Assembly: GCA_963751345.1 (NCBI GenBank)
Contig: CAVVUS010000043.1
Location: 1 to 64,000 of the forward strand
Length of the DNA stretch: 64,000 nt
DNA from: an uncultured Chloroflexia bacterium
Lineage (GTDB): Bacteria; Chloroflexota; Anaerolineae; B4-G1; SLSP01
Direction of reading: 5' to 3'
Part shown: piece by piece, positions 39,854 to 49,256 of the stretch
How the letters are laid out: each line of letters starts with the position of its first letter
Position numbering within the stretch: position 1 is the first letter of the stretch
Made by a program: the position numbers and the translations under genes
Notes under the pieces: generated by a model
Told to the model about the DNA's origin: nothing
The model's input: the letters and a program-made list of their open reading frames with translations, nothing else
Databases searched by the model: none

Positions 39854-41437
39854 TTACCTCACGGGAGGCTCCGTCCCAAGGCCGAGAGCGGCAGTAAAGT
39901 ACCGGGCAATCAACGGCTGCAGGTCCTCGTCCGTATGGGTTTGGAGAACCGCGAAGAAATCAGCCGGCCCCACCAGGCGTCCCTCTCCAGCATCGCGATA
40001 GTCCCTGAGGAATGCGAAGAATGCCTCATCCCCTATCCGAGCCCTCAGATCCGCAAGGAAACGGGCGCCCTGGAGGTAGACCTGCTGGGTGTACTGTGAT
40101 GTGGACTCAAAGTCATAGATGGTGCGATCGATAGGGCCGGTCGGGTCCTTGACATAGATGTGATTCTCCCACCACCACCGGCTGAGTTCAGGTGCATACC
40201 GCTCGTAGAATAGAAGTTCACTGTATTTCGCAAGTGCCTCATCCAACCACGGGTCGTGGACCTGATCGTTCCCCACCGCGCCGTACCACCACTGGTGCGC
40301 GGTCTCGTGCACAGTCAAACTCACCAGCAGGGCACGGGGACTGTCACTGTAGATTTGGAATGCCTGATTGCTCAGGCTTATCAAGCCCGAGTACTCCATC
40401 GAGCCGTTGTAGGCGTTCTGGGCCGCTACCAGACCCTGCGCGGGATAGGGGCCGAATCGATCGTCGAAGATACCGATCGCCCTGCCGGCGGTGTCCAGGA
40501 CTGCCTGAGCAGCTTCCGCGTAGCCGGGAAGGTAGTACACGCGCAGAGGGACGCCGGAGGGAGTGTCCTGGATGAACTGGTAATCCGTACTGGCCAGGAA
40601 GGCGAAACACCGGGCGCGTTTGAGGCGATACTGTCGCACGTTCCCCTGCCGCGTCTCAACGCCGGGGGCGGCAATGACGACGCGGGGATCGGCCGTCAGC
40701 CGAACGTCATAGTCGGCCAGGGGATAGATTGTCGGGTCTCCGACGGGATAATAGGACCAGGTCTGCCATCCGACGCCTTCCAGATAGGGTACCAGGGTGG
40801 GATGCCAATCCCCCACCTGGATCACGCGTTCCCCTGCGCCGAGGTTCCCCTCCGGTAGCCAGGCGGTGGCGTCGATGACCGGGATCCTCATGCTGTAGAC
40901 GAGCGTGAGCGAGACCGGCTCGCCCGATCGGACCGGCGCCGGCATCGTGACGTGAAGCATGATGCCATCGAGGGTCGTCGTCGCCGTAGCCTGGTCCCAC
41001 CTGGTCGCGACGTCGACGTGGTCCAGCAAGAAGACACCGGGCGCATGCGCGGGGATGACAGAGAAGACGATTTCGGTCCACGCTTCTGCCGTCTCGTTGG
41101 CGAGCAGAACGTCCTGCGTCACCTGCAGACGACGATCCGGATGATTCAGAACGATGTCTAGGGTCACCTGCGGGGTTTCGAGACCCTCTACGGACTCCGG
41201 CAACTGGAGGAGGTGCTGTGGCGTCGGCGTCGGAGCGTCAGGGGCGGCGGTTGCAGTGAGGCGGCGTTGTGGCGATGGCGTCAGGGTCGCGATGGGCGCC
41301 CGTGGCGAGGGCACCGCCCGGCTGACCTCCGGAGTGGTGATGGGGGGAACCCGAGTTGGGCGACATCCTACGGCAAGCCCAAGAACCAGGGCGCCCCCCA
41401 GAAGCGACCACGCACATCGAGAGAGTTTGGTCAGCAC
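39854..41437 (-). CDS. M1-family zinc aminopeptidase, lipoprotein
   Basis: Lipobox AVGC, GSMEY, HETAHQWW and WLDEALAKY. Confidence 0.88.
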   Translation of the reverse strand: MLTKLSRCAWSLLGGALVLGLAVGCRPTRVPPITTPEVSRAVPSPRAPIATLTPSPQRRLTATAAPDAPTPTPQHLLQLPESVEGLETPQVTLDIVLNHPDRRLQVTQDVLLANETAEAWTEIVFSVIPAHAPGVFLLDHVDVATRWDQATATTTLDGIMLHVTMPAPVRSGEPVSLTLVYSMRIPVIDATAWLPEGNLGAGERVIQVGDWHPTLVPYLEGVGWQTWSYYPVGDPTIYPLADYDVRLTADPRVVIAAPGVETRQGNVRQYRLKRARCFAFLASTDYQFIQDTPSGVPLRVYYLPGYAEAAQAVLDTAGRAIGIFDDRFGPYPAQGLVAAQNAYNGSMEYSGLISLSNQAFQIYSDSPRALLVSLTVHETAHQWWYGAVGNDQVHDPWLDEALAKYSELLFYERYAPELSRWWWENHIYVKDPTGPIDRTIYDFESTSQYTQQVYLQGARFLADLRARIGDEAFFAFLRDYRDAGEGRLVGPADFFAVLQTHTDEDLQPLIARYFTAALGLGTEPPVR

Positions 41438-41438
41438 A

Positions 41439-42465
41439 TCAGTAGTGCGTCACCACCTTGGTCCCCACGGATGCAAAATTGTAGAACCACTCAGCGTCCG
41501 GAAGCGAGAGGTTGACACAGCCGTGGCTCATGGGATGCCCGAAGTTGTTGTGCCAGTAGGCACCGTGAATGGCATAACCGCGGTAGAAGTACATCGTGTG
41601 CGGTACATTGGGTAGGTAGTAACCCGGCCCACTCATCGGCGTGTAGCGGTACTTCACGTAGATGCTGAAGGTCCCCACGACCGTCGGCGTGCCCGGCAGT
41701 CCCGTCGACACGAGCGCAGAATAGACGGCCGTCTGCCCCTCATACGCCGTGATCCGCTGCTGGGAGAGGTTCACATCGATCCACCTCTCGCCGCCCGTTC
41801 CCGGGATTCGGGGTGGGCTGCGGGGTGGGCTGCGGTGCAGGAGGCTGGCTTGGCGTGTTGCTGCCGCCGGGGATCTTGAGCCGCTGTCCCACGTAGATCG
41901 TGTTCGACACCAGCCCGTTGACGGAGCTCAACGCACTTACAGTGGTGCCATAGGCGCGGGCGATGCTGAAGAGCGTGTTGCCCGGCTGGACTACGTAGAC
42001 TTGGTCACCGGTAGAGGGAGGCGTTGGATTATCAGGCGCGGGAGAGGCCTGCCCGCCGGGGATGGCCAATCGTTGGCCCACGTACACCCACGAGTTCCAG
42101 TAAAGGCCATTGAGGGTTGCCAGTTCGCTGACACTCACCCCATACCGCGCCGCGATACTCACCAGCGTATCCCCGCGCTGGACGACGTAGGTCGTACCAC
42201 TGGGAGCGGGAGCCGGATTCAGCGGCGCACTGGTGGGGATAATCAGGCGTTGGCCTGCATAGACCCAGGAGTTCCACCCCAGGCCGTTGGCCGCCGCTAA
42301 CTGGCTGAGCGACAGCCCGTAACGCGCTGCGATGCGGGTCAACGTGTCCCCGGCTTGAACGATGTACGTCGTGTTCGCCACAGGCGCCGCCAGGACCGGC
42401 TGCCACGTGGTCAGAGTCAGTAATGCAACCAGCGCCCACAGGAGAGAAATGCGCCACCGCTTCAT
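41439..42465 (-). CDS. Three LysM domains plus YkuD L,D-transpeptidase (frameshift near 41790)
   Basis: Three YxVQxGD/NTL LysM repeats and C-terminal [15 protein letters not shown]. Confidence 0.87.
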
Positions 42466-42577
42466 CGCACAGACTCCTTTCAAGAACCCGCGATATCTAC
42501 CTCTATGGTATCAGCTTTTCGGGAGCCTGCACGCTACGTTGTGTTGCAGATGGGTTAAGAATGAGGATGCGCGGCGG

Positions 42578-43729
42578 TCAATGTCGCCTGAGGAAAGCGG
42601 CGATACCAAGAACGATGGCGGCGCCTTGCAGCAGGATAGCCATCACCAATGGCCAATCCGGTCCGCTCGATTCATCGACTGCAGGCACATCGGTGGGCAA
42701 AGGGGTCCAGGTGGGGAAAAAAACCGAGGTGTCTTCCCCAGACTCCGCCCCCGCATTCTGCGTCGATCGAGCCGGAGGCGTGGGAGACGAGACCGGCAAT
42801 GTCGGCGGTCCCTCCTCGGACGCACCCAGCACGGTGGTGGGCAGCGGCGTTTCCCCGCCGGAAGGTGGCGTGGCCGCCGGGGCCTCCGGCGTGATCTCTA
42901 GCAGATCCAGGAATGGCGTGGCGGTCGGCGGCGACTCTCCCGGCGCAACCAGGCGAATGACGTCCTCTGCGACGGTCGTGCGATTCGCGCCATCCCTGAG
43001 CTCCGCGTAGACCGCATAATCACCGGGCACTTCGCCCGACAACGTCCACGGTAGAAGAGGTTCCCAGGGCTGCCATGGCACACCGTCGAAGTCCGGACTG
43101 TTGCTCAGCCGCACTTCAATAGCCTTACCGATCCACGTGCCATCACCAAGCGGCACGGCCTCTTCGTTTGTGAGCCGCAGGGCGATCATGGAGGACTCCG
43201 TCGTCTCGGCGCCGTCATTGATGAAAATCGGCAGCACCCCAGGGCGAGACCCGACATCGACGACGAAGTAGCGCACGCCGTTGTCGTCTGCATAGCCTAT
43301 CCCGGCTTCACGATATCTCGGGTCAATCAGGATCGACCATTCCGGATTACTCCGAAACCAGCGTAACGCATCCTCCGCCGTGCCTAGACCTGCCCAAAGA
43401 GCTTCATCGACCAGAAGCCCATCGTTCCATGCGTTATACCGCGCCTCGCGAATGCGCTGTTGGTAGCCGGACCCGTCAGAGCCCTCATGCGTCACCTGCC
43501 CCAGCGTGACCAGATCCGTGGCATGACCCTGGGCGGCTTGGGTCAACAATACTGAGGAGCCGAACGGCGCAAGCCCTTCGCTCAATCGAACCTGGTTGAT
43601 CAAGGCGAAGAGCAAACCGCCCGGGTCCACCTGGGCGAATGAGGGCGCAGGTGTCCCGAGAGGTATGACCAGACCCACGACCAAGCAGATCCATACCCCC
43701 AGAGCCACACTTCGGCTACGGCGTCTCAT
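42578..43729 (-). CDS. CAP/SCP domain surface protein with Pro/Thr linker and C-terminal TM anchor
   Basis: LINQVR..AAQGHA..HEGSDG and a hydrophobic C-terminus ending RRH. Confidence 0.75.
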   Translation of the reverse strand: MRRRSRSVALGVWICLVVGLVIPLGTPAPSFAQVDPGGLLFALINQVRLSEGLAPFGSSVLLTQAAQGHATDLVTLGQVTHEGSDGSGYQQRIREARYNAWNDGLLVDEALWAGLGTAEDALRWFRSNPEWSILIDPRYREAGIGYADDNGVRYFVVDVGSRPGVLPIFINDGAETTESSMIALRLTNEEAVPLGDGTWIGKAIEVRLSNSPDFDGVPWQPWEPLLPWTLSGEVPGDYAVYAELRDGANRTTVAEDVIRLVAPGESPPTATPFLDLLEITPEAPAATPPSGGETPLPTTVLGASEEGPPTLPVSSPTPPARSTQNAGAESGEDTSVFFPTWTPLPTDVPAVDESSGPDWPLVMAILLQGAAIVLGIAAFLRRH

Positions 43730-44513
43730 CCTCGGTTCCTCTCATAGCAGTCCGCATGGCGTCCAGCAGGGCCGGCGTAGCAGCGACAAATGGATCCGGC
43801 CGATAGGGAGTCCAAGGCTCTCCCGATACCGTGGAGACCACGCCGCCGGCCTCCATGATCAGCAGCGCACCGGCGGTCTGGTCCCACGGTTTCAGGTGGA
43901 CGCTGAAGTACCCATCGACCCACCCCGATGCGACGTAAGCCATATTCAACGCAGCAGATCCCAGGGCACGCATCGTGCGTCCCTGCGCCAGGAATGCATT
44001 GACGTATCGCCACATCCTCCGGCGGAGTTCGGATTCCTTGGGGGTGTCGATCGCGAAGATCGCAGAAGTGAGGGCCGTCGTGGTCGAAGTGTGGATCGGG
44101 GTCCCATTGAGGGTTGCCCCGCCGCCGGCACAGGCTGCAAAAGCGTGATCGCGCAGCGAATCGTAGACTACGCCGACCACCGGTACGCCATCCTCCACCG
44201 CCGCGATGGCCGTGCTGAAGTTTGGATTGTTCCGGGAGAAGTTGGTCGTGCCGTCAATGGGATCGACCAACCAACGCACGCGGGCATCCTGGGCGTCGGC
44301 CCCCGCTTCCTCCGACGTGACCGCGTGATCCGGAAAGGCCTCGCGAAGACGATCGAGGATGATAGTCTCCGCCCCGATGTCAGCATCCGTGACAATATCA
44401 CGGAAGCCCTTATCTGTAACATCGTGGTCGGTCCGCCAGACCATCCGCAGATAGGTGCCGACCTCACTGACAGCCTCCAGCGCAACATTGAGCCAGGTGC
44501 CGTAATCGCTCAT
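43716..44513 (-). CDS. Inositol monophosphatase family (SuhB-like)
   Basis: IVTDAD, SEE, WLVDPIDGTTNF, GSAAL and KPWD. Confidence 0.9.
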   Translation of the reverse strand: MSDYGTWLNVALEAVSEVGTYLRMVWRTDHDVTDKGFRDIVTDADIGAETIILDRLREAFPDHAVTSEEAGADAQDARVRWLVDPIDGTTNFSRNNPNFSTAIAAVEDGVPVVGVVYDSLRDHAFAACAGGGATLNGTPIHTSTTTALTSAIFAIDTPKESELRRRMWRYVNAFLAQGRTMRALGSAALNMAYVASGWVDGYFSVHLKPWDQTAGALLIMEAGGVVSTVSGEPWTPYRPDPFVAATPALLDAMRTAMRGTEDETP

Positions 44514-45946
44514 GGGGCGGGCGTCGCTTGCGGTGTTGACACCACGGGCGTGGTCGTCTCGGACGGGGCGGATGTCGGCGGAAGCTGGAAGCCGACGCCG
44601 GTGTTACACGCTGTCACGGCCGTATCCACGTAAGCATTGGCGTCCGCCTCCTCATCCTGCAGCGCCAACAACCCACGAAGCAGCGAGGCGCGGCAGGTAA
44701 TGCGATTGGTCGCCTGAGGCCACGCAACCCAGGCGCCGCTGTCGGCAGCATCGAGGGTCAACTGCCAGAGCCGGTCCTCGGTTGACACTGAAGTTGCCAC
44801 ACCAGCTTCGTCGAGCGCACTTTGGAGTACCGAGCGGCGCACCGGCACGAACTCGGTGGTCTCACCCCAATACCGCTGGGCCTCCGGCGCAAGAAACCAC
44901 GACATCACCTTGAGAGCGGCATCCTGTCGCTCCGAATCGGGCGCCGAGACCATCAACCCCGGACCATACCAGAGCGTAGGGCCTGGGCCGTCAGGTCCGG
45001 GCAATGGATCAAGTGATAGCTGGAAATTCCTGCCGGAGAGGATCGCACGCTCAATCTCCGGCAGGTATTCACTTGACTCAAAGATCATAGCCATCGAGCT
45101 CTTGCCCAGCCGTGATACCCCTATCTCTCGGTCCTCGTACAATGCGCCACAGTTGACGCCCAACACCGACTGCAGGAGAGACGCCGTACCGTGCCCCGCC
45201 GCATCGGCGAATTGATAATATCCGTCCGCGCCGACAACCTGCGACCCACTCGCAGCCAGGAACCCGAGAAAAATGCTGGATCTTGCCGGGATACCCACCC
45301 CAACTTGACCTCGCAGCGGATCCGTGGCGGCGCAAGCCGTTCGCCGCAGGTCCTCCCAGGTTGCCCGACCGGGATCATAGCCCAAGTCGGCCAGCCAATC
45401 GGCGTTGGTGTACGCCAGGTAGGTGGCGAGGCCTATCGGCAACGCCTGGGGGACGCCATCAACCCGGTAAAGGGACTGCGCCATAGGCAAAAAATCTCCC
45501 CACGCCTGCCGCATCTCCGGTGATTCCGAGGGGACGGCGCCGACCATGCCCAGGGCGGCGTAAGCCTGGAGGTCCTTCGGCCACACGGTCAGGAGATCAG
45601 GACGCTGCTCCGGGTCGGCCAGCAGCTTGTCCAGGACATCGCTCTGGAATTCGGTGACGAGAACGATGTTCCAGGGATTGTCGGCGTTGAAGCGATCGGT
45701 CAGCGTGTCAAGGGCGTTGGCCTCAGGGCCCGTGAAGGAGTGCCAAAGCACAATGATCTGCCGCTGATCGGCGCCCCGGACGGCGGCAGCGCCCTGGGTA
45801 ATCTGAGCGCCGGAGCCGCACCCCACCAGCAGAAACGATAGGCCCAGTATCAGGGCCGCGATGATGGACTGCGCCGGCCACAGGCGACCCAGCCGGCGGG
45901 AGGCTCGAGGAAACGCAACGTGCATGCCCTTTTCACGGGACGTCAT
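44510..45946 (-). CDS. Orphan carbohydrate ABC substrate-binding lipoprotein
   Basis: Lipobox LVGC, LWHSF and family-1 SBP features. Confidence 0.75.
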   Translation of the reverse strand: MTSREKGMHVAFPRASRRLGRLWPAQSIIAALILGLSFLLVGCGSGAQITQGAAAVRGADQRQIIVLWHSFTGPEANALDTLTDRFNADNPWNIVLVTEFQSDVLDKLLADPEQRPDLLTVWPKDLQAYAALGMVGAVPSESPEMRQAWGDFLPMAQSLYRVDGVPQALPIGLATYLAYTNADWLADLGYDPGRATWEDLRRTACAATDPLRGQVGVGIPARSSIFLGFLAASGSQVVGADGYYQFADAAGHGTASLLQSVLGVNCGALYEDREIGVSRLGKSSMAMIFESSEYLPEIERAILSGRNFQLSLDPLPGPDGPGPTLWYGPGLMVSAPDSERQDAALKVMSWFLAPEAQRYWGETTEFVPVRRSVLQSALDEAGVATSVSTEDRLWQLTLDAADSGAWVAWPQATNRITCRASLLRGLLALQDEEADANAYVDTAVTACNTGVGFQLPPTSAPSETTTPVVSTPQATPAP

Positions 45947-45956
45947 ATGTCTGTAC

Positions 45957-47603
45957 CTACTGCCTACGAACCTGCACCAGTGAGTTTGGCGTCAAAGGCG
46001 CCTGGCGCCGAAGAGCCTGTCGTATCAGCGTCATCTCCTCGACACCCAGGATCCTTAACAAGACCAGATAGATCAAGGCGCCGCCGGCGGTGGCCGCGGC
46101 AATCCTCATCAGATAACCCAGAGATCCGGTCGGGACCAGCGGCTGCAGACCGTGCAGAATCCCTAACATTGGCAAGGCCATAGCCACAGACGCTCCAAGG
46201 GCCAACAGGGTCGTGCGGCCGACACGATAGGGGGAGAGACTGCCAACCTTGCGGGTGAAAAGAACGAGCATCAACAACGCGTGCGCCATCAGTTTCAGTG
46301 AGTTGGCAAGAATCAGCTCCCACAGGCGCGGCTCGTGGAACTGGATTGGCAAGAGCGCCATCGCAATATACAGGGCCACGGTACCCATCCCGACCAGGGC
46401 CGGGGTCCACGTATCCTTCCGGGCATAGAAGGCAAAGATCAGGGGCTGGTCCAGTGCAGCAAAAACCAGACCGAGGATCGAGAAACGGAGCACCTCCGCC
46501 GTGGCCACCGTGTCCGAAGGTTGGAACTGACCGCGCTGCAGCAGCACAGCCACCAGCGGCTCGGCCATCACCATGAGGCCCACGGCAGCCGGAAGCACAA
46601 GAATCAGTACCAATCGCAGTCCCTGGGCCAGAGTAGCCCGAAACGCCGGCTCGTCCGCACCGGCAGCATAGCGCGAGAGCGTCGGGAGAATCGCTACGGA
46701 GACGGCGGTGACGACCAGACCGAGAGGGAACTGGATCAACGTCGCGGCGTAGTTCATCCACGCGATGCCACTGGCACCGGTGCGCGAGGCGAGGTTGATG
46801 CTCAGCCCAACGGCGAACTGATCCACCAACAAGCCGACCCCGATGGGCAAGTAGAGCCGGCCGATCTGGATCAGGGCCGGATGCAGCGGGGAAGGCCACC
46901 GCTGATTCCGATCGGCGCGCCGTCCGAGGCGCGGAATCCGCAGGCGAATGCCGCGCAGGCCGGGAAGCTGGAAAGCTGCCTGGACGACTGTCGCAGCCAG
47001 CAATCCTATGGCGAGCGTCCGCACTCCCAGCGGCCCTCTGCCGAACAGGACGATCACCGCCACCATCGTCGCATTGTAGACAGCGCCGGTAAAGGCCGGA
47101 AGCCGGAAGCGCTGAAGCGAGTAGAGAACTGCCGACAGGAGACCGGCGACATTCAGGAAGAAGACCGCGGGGGCTGTGACCCGGACCATTGAGGATGCCA
47201 TATCCAGATAATCCGGAGAAAGCCCCCTTCCCAGTAGCCTGGCGACCACTGGCGCAGCGATCTCCAGGACAAAGACCAGCCCGGCCAGGATCAAGGCGAG
47301 GATGGTGAACACGTAGCCGAACACCTGCCAGAGCTCCTCACGGTCCTCGGAATGGGCGTAATCGGAGAAGACCGGCACCAGCGAGGAGCTGAGCATGCCG
47401 CCGACCAACTGGTCGTTGAACATCGTCGGCACCTTCGAGGCGACGTCAAAAGCACTGACCGCGCCGCCTGCGCCGAAGAAGTAGGATTTTGCCATCTCGC
47501 GGACCAGTCCGAGCGCCCTGCTGGCAACATTGCCGACGGACATTATGACGGCAGCGCGGGTAACCCGCCGTGCTTCGGTAGAGAGCCCTCCCTGGTCAGT
47601 CAT
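45957..47603 (-). CDS. murJ: Lipid II flippase MurJ
   Basis: SRALGLVRE, FFGAG, QFPLG, LPTLS, RGQF and FYARKDTWTP. Confidence 0.9.
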   Translation of the reverse strand: MTDQGGLSTEARRVTRAAVIMSVGNVASRALGLVREMAKSYFFGAGGAVSAFDVASKVPTMFNDQLVGGMLSSSLVPVFSDYAHSEDREELWQVFGYVFTILALILAGLVFVLEIAAPVVARLLGRGLSPDYLDMASSMVRVTAPAVFFLNVAGLLSAVLYSLQRFRLPAFTGAVYNATMVAVIVLFGRGPLGVRTLAIGLLAATVVQAAFQLPGLRGIRLRIPRLGRRADRNQRWPSPLHPALIQIGRLYLPIGVGLLVDQFAVGLSINLASRTGASGIAWMNYAATLIQFPLGLVVTAVSVAILPTLSRYAAGADEPAFRATLAQGLRLVLILVLPAAVGLMVMAEPLVAVLLQRGQFQPSDTVATAEVLRFSILGLVFAALDQPLIFAFYARKDTWTPALVGMGTVALYIAMALLPIQFHEPRLWELILANSLKLMAHALLMLVLFTRKVGSLSPYRVGRTTLLALGASVAMALPMLGILHGLQPLVPTGSLGYLMRIAAATAGGALIYLVLLRILGVEEMTLIRQALRRQAPLTPNSLVQVRRQ

Positions 47604-47643
47604 CGCAGTCTGGGATTCTACTGTCTTTCAGGTCTGTGACAAG

Positions 47644-47680
47644 GCAAAGCGAGCCCGCCGTGCAGGCGGGCTCGCTTTGC
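47644..47680 (-). terminator. Hairpin after the MFS gene
   Basis: GCAAAGCGAGCCCGCC-gtgca-GGCGGGCTCGCTTTGC perfect inverted repeat. Confidence 0.7.
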
Positions 47681-47696
47681 ATCCCGAACCGCAGGG

Positions 47697-49221
47697 CTAA
47701 ATGTTTGACCCCAGCCCAGCCCGGGCATCTTCCTCTTTGGCAACCCGAACACCTTCCCGAATGTCAACCTTTGACAGCAGGTAGATACCGAGGACGAAGA
47801 AGAGGATCAGACTCATAATCGCGGGGCGGCTGCTGCCGAACAGGGCGACGGCGCCCGCGAAGAGAAGCGGACCCAGGATCGCCGAGAACTTCTCCATGAT
47901 GCCGAAGAGCCCAAAGAACTCGCCGCTCTTGGCCGCGGGCGACAGGCTTGCGTAGAGGCTGCGACTCAGCGCCTGGCTGCCGCCCTGGACGATCGCAACC
48001 ATCCACGCCAGAAGCCAGAACTCGACGACTGAGTGCAGGAAGTAACCCCAAACTGCAATCACGGCATAGACGATCAGGGCCAGGATAATGCTGCGCCGCG
48101 TGTCGAAAGAGGCCGCCAGACGAGAGAAGAGGAGTCTGCCAAACGCCAGGGAGAAGAGTATGCCGACCACCTGCACGACACCGATGAGGGCCAGGATCAT
48201 CCCGAGCCCGGTTGTGGGCAGCGTTCGGCCCCCGATTGCTCCGACCAGCGGGAGTGCCACCAGGTTGAAAACGACGAAGGCAAGGTAGGCGGGCCGCCGG
48301 GATTCCGACTTGCTCGGCAAGCGACCAAACAGAAGGCTGAAGGGTATCCCAACAAACTGGACCAGCAGCAGTGCCAGGACCAACTGAATGCTATCGAACC
48401 CTAACTCGACACCATAGATGCTGGCGACGCCAATGATGGTCCCAATGCCATCGTTGTAGATCAGAAACGCCAGAAGAAACCTGAAGAGCTCTCTATAGTG
48501 CCTGATGTCCTTGAGGACCTCGATGATCCGGCGGAAGCTGATTGCGACAACACTCTCCACGGACACACCCTCGACTGCCGCCGCCGGCGGCTCCGGCACA
48601 CGTCGGAAAAGAGGGATAGAAAACACCGCCCACCAGACGGCAACGCTCAGAAAGGATAGCCTTGGCCCCCACGTCCCCGGCAACAGGGCGATCATCCCGG
48701 CATTGATGGCCAGCAGGATGCCGCCACCCAGATAACCCAGTGCATAGCCCTTGGTAGACACCCGGTCGCGCTCGCCTTCCGCGGCGACGTGGGGCAGCAG
48801 AGCGTCATAGAAGACGTTGGCACTGGTAAAGCCTATCCGTGCAAAGACAAAGAGGATCGACGCAAGAAGCCAGCCTCCCGTCTGAACCAGGACCAGCAGA
48901 CCTGTGCCCACGATGCCTAAGGGTCGCGAAGAAGGCCAGAAAGCGCTTCTTACTACGCGCGACATCCGAGACCGTCCCCAGGATAGGCGCCAAAACCGCA
49001 ACGATCAGGAGCGAGATACTGAGACCCAAGCTCCAATAGGCCGTCGCGACGGCCTGCGAGGGCAGGGTGGCTCCGGCAACGCTGCTGTAGTAGACGGGCA
49101 GCACCGCGGCAAGGATCGTCGTGGCAAACGCGGAGTTGGCCCAGTCGTACATGCACCAGGCATTTGCGATCTGATTCCTGCTGAATCGCACCGCCGTCTG
49201 AGGCGCTGTCTCTGTCGTCAT
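47697..49221 (-). CDS. UMF1/ATG22-family MFS transporter (frameshift near 48920)
   Basis: WCMYDWANSAF, ANVFYDALL, GYALGYLGG, GGSQALSRS and EFFGLF. Confidence 0.85.
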
Positions 49222-49256
49222 TGCCGCTCCTTCGCGTGTTGGGTCGAGGGTGTGGA

